A stretch of DNA of 64,000 bases from Octopus sinensis (lineage: Eukaryota): NCBI RefSeq assembly GCF_006345805.1, contig NC_043000.1, positions 28,334,001 through 28,398,000 on the forward strand. Reading direction: 5' to 3'. A program made the position numbers and the translations under genes. The stretch's first letter is position 1. Each line of letters starts with the position of its first letter. Shown in pieces: positions 56,235 through 64,000 of this stretch. The notes under the pieces are model-generated. The model searched no databases. It saw only the letters and a list, made by a program, of their open reading frames with translations, and was not told the origin of the DNA.

Positions 56235-56685
56235 ATGTCTGATATATCAATTTGTGTGTGTGTGTGTGTACATGTGTGACTGTGTATGTGTGTGTGTGTG
56301 CGTGCATGTGTATGTGTGTGTGCCCAATTGGATAAATCTGTATGATCTCCATTGACTTATATTTAATTACATGCGTTCTAGAAATATATATCTGCGTCGT
56401 TGCATATATATTTATGCATTTGCAAGTATATGTAACTTAATTTGCATACGTAGTTTAGTTTGCGCTAGCATATGGGCAAATATGTGTATATGTTAGTGTG
56501 TATACGTGCATATATATGCCTGTGCTTATATACGATAGTGTATGAATATTTTTGTATATTTACACAGGTAAATGATTCATTATATCTATGTTTAAACAAG
56601 TGAATGACCCATTATATTTATGTGTGCTTTTCCAAAAGTGTATGTGTGCTTGTATGTATGTATCTATATACACACACACACACAC

Positions 56686-56742
<57 letters not shown>

Positions 56743-56851
56743 TGATAGATAGATAGACAGATAAACAGATGCACACATATATGTATATATAGGTATATGT
56801 AGATGTGTATAAATATATATACATCATATGTATACACACACAAACACACAC

Positions 56852-56895
<44 letters not shown>

Positions 56896-57679
56896 ACATA
56901 TATAGATAGATAGATAGATAGATACATCATACATACATACATACATACATACATACATACATAGATGGCGCGTATATGTACGTAGATGTACCTGTTCTTA
57001 TATATGCATGCGTCTGTGTATGTATGTTCAGATGCATGTGTTTATATATACATGTGTATGTGTACGTATGAGTATGTGAGAGGGGGTGATTGTTGAATGT
57101 CGGTGTGTATTTGCCCCCATAAGTGTTTGGGTACGCACCCAGCCATTATATGTAGTCCTAGATTTGTGTGGGAGAAAACTTTCCGCATACGAGTGTGTGT
57201 TGATCGTGAAACTCTCCTCATATGCACATAATAAACAACGTATTCATATTGTTATTTTTTTTATTTCATTTTACTGCATTATGTTAAAGCGCCCTCTTTC
57301 CCTATTTTTAAATATATGTGTTGTGAGCATTTGGAAGCGTGGAAACTGTCAGAACCCATTTCAACTTAATACCACCTGCTACCCACTTTTCCCAACCTTG
57401 ACAACTCTCCTACTTCTCTCTCACCCTAGATTGACCCTTACATTAACATACAAGTACACAAGCACAGACTCACACACATATACACACACACATATATATA
57501 TATATATACACATACACACACAAGACCTCACTCACGCATGCGCTCATACACACATGCATCATTCGGCAATGAGCGCTTTTGTACCTCTCCCCATAAAAAA
57601 ATCAAATGAGCTTATAAAGTAGCTTTTAGTGTCTACGAGACAAAAAAGTTAAAAATTCGTAAACCATCTTTCAATTATT

Positions 57680-57870
57680 GGTTTCAAATTTTGGCACAAG
57701 TCCAACAATTTGGATGTGGTGGGGTAAGTCGATTACATTGACCCTAGTGCTCGGCTGGTACTTATTTTATCGGCTCCCGAAGGGATGAAAGACAAAGTCG
57801 ACCTCGGCGGAATTTGAACTCAGAATATTAACGGCAGACGAAATACGGCTACGCATATCGCCCGGCGTGG
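57680..57870 (-). mobile_element. S2 SINE
   Basis: gacaaagtcgacctcggcggaatttgaactcagaa...gacgaaatacggctacgcat. Confidence 0.75.
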
Positions 57871-58204
57871 CGCATGTACTCCCGCCTCTGCTTCTGCCAC
57901 TGGGTCTATATACGTTTACGTTAATACATAAATTTGCACTATTTACGTGAGGTGTGAGGGCGTGCGTGTAGATTGATTTTAGTGCCCCAATATTATATTC
58001 TTCTTCAAATTATCGATACAGCTTGTGGTGTGATCTTGAGCTGTAAAATGTCATATCGATCAATTTACAGCAGTAAAGTCACGAAAATATTTCCGAAAAA
58101 ACAATATTTATATGAAATTAAGTTAGTATTTCCAGACATCGGTTGTCTTGAAGTATATATATTTCTAATGTGCCTGTACACAAGCGTATATACGGTTGTG
58201 TAAA

Positions 58205-58207
58205 CGA

Positions 58208-58250
<43 letters not shown>

Positions 58251-58277
58251 ATTATATATATATATATACATACAGAC

Positions 58278-58308
<31 letters not shown>

Positions 58309-58397
58309 GTGTGTTTTTGTGTTTTTTTTGCAGTTTTAATTAGAAAGTATATGCGTGTGTTTGTGGATGTATGTATCTATATGTATGTATGTATATA

Positions 58398-58480
<83 letters not shown>

Positions 58481-58550
58481 GTGATGTTTTTGCAGTTTTA
58501 ATTAGAAAGTATATACGTGTGTTTTGTGGATGTATGTATCTATATGTATG

Positions 58551-58596
<46 letters not shown>

Positions 58597-58960
58597 GATA
58601 TGTAAGTATATGTATATATGTATGTATATATATTATATATAAACATGAGTGTATAAGTGTGCGTACATTTGTGTGTATGTGTGTATATATGTACATATAT
58701 GTATACTGTAAGTATGAATGTATGTAGATTTAGACAGAAAAAATCAGGTTCACAAATACACATATACACACATGAATAGAGAGATAAAGAGATAGATTAC
58801 ATACATGCATATATTAATGCATGTATCATATGTTTGGATATGTGTGTGTATGTGTCTGTGTTTGTGTATGTGTGTTTATGTGTGTGCGTTTGCGTGTGTG
58901 TTTGTGTATGTGTGTTTCTGTGTGTTTGTGTGTGTGCGTGTGTGTGTTTACAGATTGAAG
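58205..58960. repeat. (TA)n/(TG)n microsatellite-rich tract with a short internal duplication
   Basis: ttttgcagttttaattagaaagtatat occurs twice (~58325 and ~58490). Confidence 0.85.
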
Positions 58961-59579
58961 CGAGACATAAAAGTTGCACGAACATACGGTTCACGAAATT
59001 CGTTCTCAGTTATTAATTACCCTGATTGTAATAGTATTTGTTATATTGCAGATATATCGTCGTCATCGTTGTTATGTTACTTATATATAAGACATACCGT
59101 TTTCTGTTTCTTACTGTTGTTGTTTTTTTTTTCTTTGTCTTTTCATTAGTTCAATGTGTGAAATGATTGATTTATTAGTTCTTGAAAATGTACGAGTGAT
59201 TCAATAAAAATATATGTATATATATATATTTATAGAATATGGTTACATTTCACTAACCAAATGCAATCGTAGATGTTTTAGAATCAGTGAGAATCACATG
59301 ACACAATTTGGCTGCTACGGATAGCACAAATTCTTTTCCAATAAAAACTATTTCATGTAGATATGAATTATCAGATGTATCGTGGGTTTACTTACGATAT
59401 TGTTCCTTCAAGCATATCAAAATTCATACGTGACTAAAATGATTCCAACTGCGAGGCAAAATCAACTTGCACAGACAGCACGCTCAGTAGTTACCCCCTA
59501 GGGTACGATTATTTTTTGATTTTTAGTTAAATATAGGGTGTTAGTCATGAATCGCTTTCTCGAGAGTATTAAGAACTTA

Positions 59580-59690
59580 AAGAAAAGTGTAGTTGCTTCA
59601 GCAGGGAATCGAAACCACGACACAATCGTGATCACGACTTGCCTAGGGCTCCCTGCACAGCGTGCTTCGTTTTGTGTCATACATTCATCG
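59580..59690 (-). mobile_element. Degenerate tRNA-like or SINE head
   Basis: B-box-like gtggtttcgattccctgc on the minus strand; no complete cloverleaf. Confidence 0.3.
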
Positions 59691-61129
59691 TATGAGGTAT
59701 GCAAGCTTAGGAAAGTTCTAAGGGAAAGAAATCTTGTAATGATGATAAGCATGTGATTATAGCCTCGTTGTATGTATTTTTCGAGAAAGGGTCCAATGTA
59801 ATTTTTTAAAGTTTACTAGAGTGTCGAATGTGATTATAATAATAGATTCTGAACTTCAAGTTTGTATTACTCCCGATTACATGCCACCAATTGGTGGCAG
59901 TTTGCTTCATATATTGATAATTAAACGCAGGAAGTTTTATTCCCGGGGCCAGCAAGGATATTAGTCATCGTGGGACATGTTGATAACAGTACTTGCCTTT
60001 ATACTACACTTTCCATGCTGCGGCACTTTCCGAGTTCCCAACTCTGGAGACCTGTGCCCTTAAAACATTTTATACAGAACTGTTATTCGAGTGTCGTTTG
60101 CTCAGCTCTGGTATTTTATCTATAACTTCTATCAAGTCCGATGGAGAAGCAAGTGGAGAGGCAAAGATAAGCTCGTCAGAGTTTAAACACCGAATATAAG
60201 GATTCACGTCTTGTAGCGACACTGTATTTCGTTTTTCAACCATGATATACTATCTTTCGCGTTAGGTATTGATACCATGTACTCAATGACACAAATTGAT
60301 TGATACACATTTTATCGATTCTTATGGATGAATGTTGAAATCTGAATTTGAGAAAAGGGGGTCCAGCTATGAAAAAGATGGCCAAAACTAAGACTATATA
60401 GTATTCTGTCAGTATTCCACTTTATCTGATATAGCCGCCTTAATTTTCTTATTTGTGGTGTTTCTTCATAAAATTATAGAATATGTGACGATGCTGTAAC
60501 TAATGGTAGAAGCTAAAATGTCTTCTCCCAAGGTGTGTCTTGCTTGGGATGTACAGCGTTCACATATTCCTTTCAATAGGTAACAAAAACAAAAATAATT
60601 TGTCATGTCCAAAGAAAGCAACTACCTCATGCTTCTAGTATTATTATTTTACTATTAAGCTTTGTTTGACCGAAAGAGTAAGAATACTGAAAAACTCACT
60701 TAACCCGAGAATCTCTTTAAACTCAAAAAAGATGCATTTAATCTGTGCCCTCATCAAGGGAAATTCGTATTGGAAACTTGAAATTTCTCATTTGACGACT
60801 AGGGAAAATCTTCAGACATCTACGGCTGGCGTTTGTAGACATAAATTCAAGCCAGTAGAGTTCCAGAACGGAATTATTATTTTTTTTACAAAATTAACAG
60901 ACCATAACATTTTCCTCCTCCTCGTAGTTGTAGAGAGTTTATGTGCTCCCGGTCATTTATGCCTGACGAGTCGCCTATAAATTTAAGCGCTTCAGAGGTG
61001 TGGACCCAACTGTCACTTTCTGACTGGCTATAACAAACAACTTTGTATTATATATATATATATATATATATATATCTTATATATACATATATATAACGTG
61101 CGTGCGTCTGTGTGCGTGTGTGTGTACTT

Positions 61130-61350
61130 CGGGTGAATGGATGTGAATGTGTGGGCTTTCTCACGGCTTTACAATATATTACTACTGTTTTACGCTCCGG
61201 TAACGTAGCAGTCGAAGAAAGTGTCGGATTGAACAATTGCCAGGTTTAAAGAGTATGCAATGTGGCCAATACGTTCTAGTACACACTTGAAGGTGATGCA
61301 TCAGCATGGTTGCAGTCCAATAACTGAAACAAGTGAAGGATAAAAAATAA
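61130..61350 (+). mobile_element. Old S1 SINE, 3' part
   Basis: tgttttacgctccggtaacgtagcag...cagcatggttgcagtccaataactgaaacaagt. Confidence 0.6.
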
Positions 61351-61457
61351 AAGATTTATATTGAATCAGGTTCAACAAGGTAATCGACAAGCGCATTCGC
61401 TGTACGAGATACAGAAGTTGTATTTCGTGCAGAGAACATTTGTTTATGTATTGGAAC

Positions 61458-62113
61458 ATAGGCTGTCAAACTGGGCTCTGCCGCCCCCGGTGGGCGTTGA
61501 CAGGGTCCGGGTGGTCGCTAGTGTCTAAAGGGGCAATAGAGAAAAAGGAGGCATTGGGAGGAAGGCAGTGGATTGGAGGACGCTATGAATTTATAATATT
61601 ATAGTATCGTATACAAATTATATAGGAGCAATCCGTCGGTTACGACGACGAGGGTCTCAGCTGATGCGATCAACGGAACAGCCTGCTCGTGAAATTAACG
61701 TGCAAGTGACTGAGCAATCCACAGACACGTGTACCCCAAACGTAGTTCTCAGGGAGATTCAGCGTGACACAGAGTGTGACAATGCTGGCCCTTTGAAATA
61801 CAGGTACAACTCATTTTTGCGAGCTGAGTCGACTGGAGCAACGGGAAATAAAGTGTCTTGCTCAAGGACACAACGCGTCGCCGGGAATCGAACTCTCGAC
61901 CTTACAATCGTGAGCCGAATGCCCTAACCACTAAGCCATGTGCCTTCACACACGCATATTATATAATATGATATTGAATATCAATGATTCATACTATGTA
62001 TAAACTGGTAAAATATAAAATATTTATTTATACATAAAAATAGGGATGGGGTCGCTGAGGTATTATGTGGCCATGAGGTGGGGTTTATGGCCCAAAAAGT
62101 TCGAGAACCTCTG
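61458..62113. mobile_element. hAT-type MITE with a nested SINE
   Basis: Left end taggctgtcaaactggg; right end aaaagttcgagaacctctg (reverse complement CAGAGGTTCTCGAACTTTT). Confidence 0.5.
61625..61950 (-). mobile_element. tRNA-derived SINE with a different head/body but the same tail as 6372-6722
   Basis: gaaggcacatggcttagtggttagggcattcgg..gagttcgattcccgg head; tgtgtccttgagcaagacacttt core; aaagggccagc...accgacgga tail. Confidence 0.8.
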
Positions 62114-62139
62114 GTATAGAACATCAGGAAATTCAATAA

Positions 62140-62362
62140 TACCTTGAATATCGGGGGTGTTACGTTCCAAAACCCATCGCGATAGGTGAAAATCCGCGAA
62201 GTAGAAACAGTACTGTAAAGTATATTTTTATTTTTATAATTTGTATATATTTATTTTATTATAAATGCAAAACAACACCGCGGAGGAATCAACGCAAGGT
62301 TAAATAATAAACTGCGAAAGTGAACCGCGATAGGTAAACAGCGATATCGCGTGGGATTAGTG
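62140..62362. mobile_element. Tigger/pogo-like MITE
   Basis: Inverted relative of 53113-53390 (gtgaaccgcgatagg...gcgatatcgcgtgggattagtgt). Confidence 0.6.
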
Positions 62363-63699
62363 TTATGTAAAATTTAATGTAACTAGAAATCATTATTGGG
62401 CATGTATCAGCCTTAGTTGAAATATATTTTGTATTAAGATCCCTGCAAATGTGGGGCAAATAAAAGTCGGTAGTTTATTCACAATTAAGTTGACGTATCT
62501 AAGACAGGAATGTTACTAAGACGTTTCTGTTTGATTATTCCTTTTTTTTGCAATCCAATTTTTCTCCGAGGACATGTTTCCCTGATGTCCATGCATCATA
62601 TATGCTATACATTCCCAATGTTTTTCAACCATTTAGATTAACATGGGGCCTAAGAAAAAAGTTTTATATAATTCAAAACGTATTTAATAAGAAATGCCTA
62701 AAAGTCGAACTTGCTTAACTTTTGAAAATGCTTCAGACGGGCAAAGGGTTAAATACTACTAACACAGACAACCAACTGGAATCTGAAGTCACTGTTACTA
62801 CTCACAGATTTCAGATAGAGTTAGATGAAATGACAAAACAAACTGAACTGCCATGATGGCGCCTCTGATAATTTATAGATCATTACGTACTTTTTTACCA
62901 TATTTGAATAATTTGAATAAAATCATTAGATTTCAAAATATTTTAAGCCATTTGAGACTGTTCTAACATCACTGACAAATTAAATATTGATAATTTGGTT
63001 AGAACAACAAAAAATGTATACCTGGGAATGGCAGGCCGGATCACGACAACAAATAAACAAATCTGTTTTTTTAATTTATTTCTTTACCAAAATCTGCCCT
63101 CTTGACCTGAGTATTATGCAAATTTCAGACATTGTCTCCATGTAAAATTAGAAGCGAAAAGAAAATGAATAGACTAAAATCGAAAAAAAAGCCAAAAAGA
63201 AAAATGCAAAATATTTATATTAGTAAACAATTATATGAAAAATAACAATAAAATGTGTTTAGGAACATCAAAACTGAATCTTGTTTGTGGAGAAGATTAA
63301 AAACTGATGTTAGATTTAAAACGTAACACAGAAAAAATTTTATAAACCATCAAAAAGAAAACAAAACAAACTCAGAAAGAAAAAATCATGAAAAGCTTGT
63401 GCCCGTAAAACAAAACAAAAAACAGCTCAAGCGAAAGGACAAGGCCAGAGGTTAGGAGTTAATTGTTATTTAAAGACAGTCTGAAAGCATAACAGGCAGA
63501 ATGTTCTCGGTTAGTCCTGTAACTCGTGTCTCTATCTTCTCCCTTCCCATGATTCTCTTCCGACAGTGGAAAATTAATTTGTGTGTATACTGCACTCAAA
63601 CTTTGACAGGTCCGTTGCAATGGGTTTTTATATCTCTCAATACGATTTCCTCTACATTTCTCACCCCACCTCTATCTCTATTTCTCTCTGCTTCCCAGG

Positions 63700-63741
<42 letters not shown>

Positions 63742-63828
63742 ATATACATATAAACATACATACATATCTAATACATATATGTATATGCATACATACAATA
63801 TATATATAAAGGTTATATATATATATAT

Positions 63829-63889
<61 letters not shown>

Positions 63890-64000
63890 GTCTATAAATA
63901 TATGCAGGTTGTGTGTATATATATATTATATATATATATATGCAGGTTGTGTATATATGTGTATATATGTATAATATATAAAGGCTGTATATACATATAT
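63700..64000. repeat. (TA)n-rich microsatellite
   Basis: Seen directly. Confidence 0.92.

Larger units (their letters stand above)
55510..56245. mobile_element. Penelope-like pseudo-LTR remnant: direct repeat plus inverted hammerhead-bearing segment
   Basis: 55520-55650 resembles 55935-56085 (direct); 55655-55810 resembles the reverse complement of 56090-56240. Confidence 0.7.

Noticed and set aside
62560-62756. piggyBac-like end (AAGGGTTAA)
   Set aside because: Only one putative end was seen, with no matching TIR or transposase.

Overview
AT-rich, eukaryotic, repeat-dominated DNA with no intact, recognisable host gene. The dense microsatellites ((TA)n, (ATT)n, (TATG)n, (GATA)n) and the SINE families look like an octopus/cephalopod genome; that is inference from recall, not a database search. 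Main content: (1) a ~13 kb pile (20.2-33.1 kb) of co-oriented R4/Dong-clade retrotransposons, a CR1-type fragment and a ~560 bp non-coding element, mostly separated by (TAA)n arrays; (2) two divergently oriented Tx1/L1-clade retrotransposons, each embedded in a (TCTA)n array; (3) Penelope-like remnants carrying minimal hammerhead ribozymes; (4) RTE, HERO and CR1/L2 remnants, many SINEs and several MITEs. The most striking observation is that ORF2 of both Tx1 copies is bracketed by an inverted repeat. It could pair the ORF1-stop/ORF2-start region with the ORF2-stop region ~3.4 kb away, and it shows compensatory base changes between the two copies. All alignments and structures were done by eye; boundaries are approximate unless a junction is quoted.
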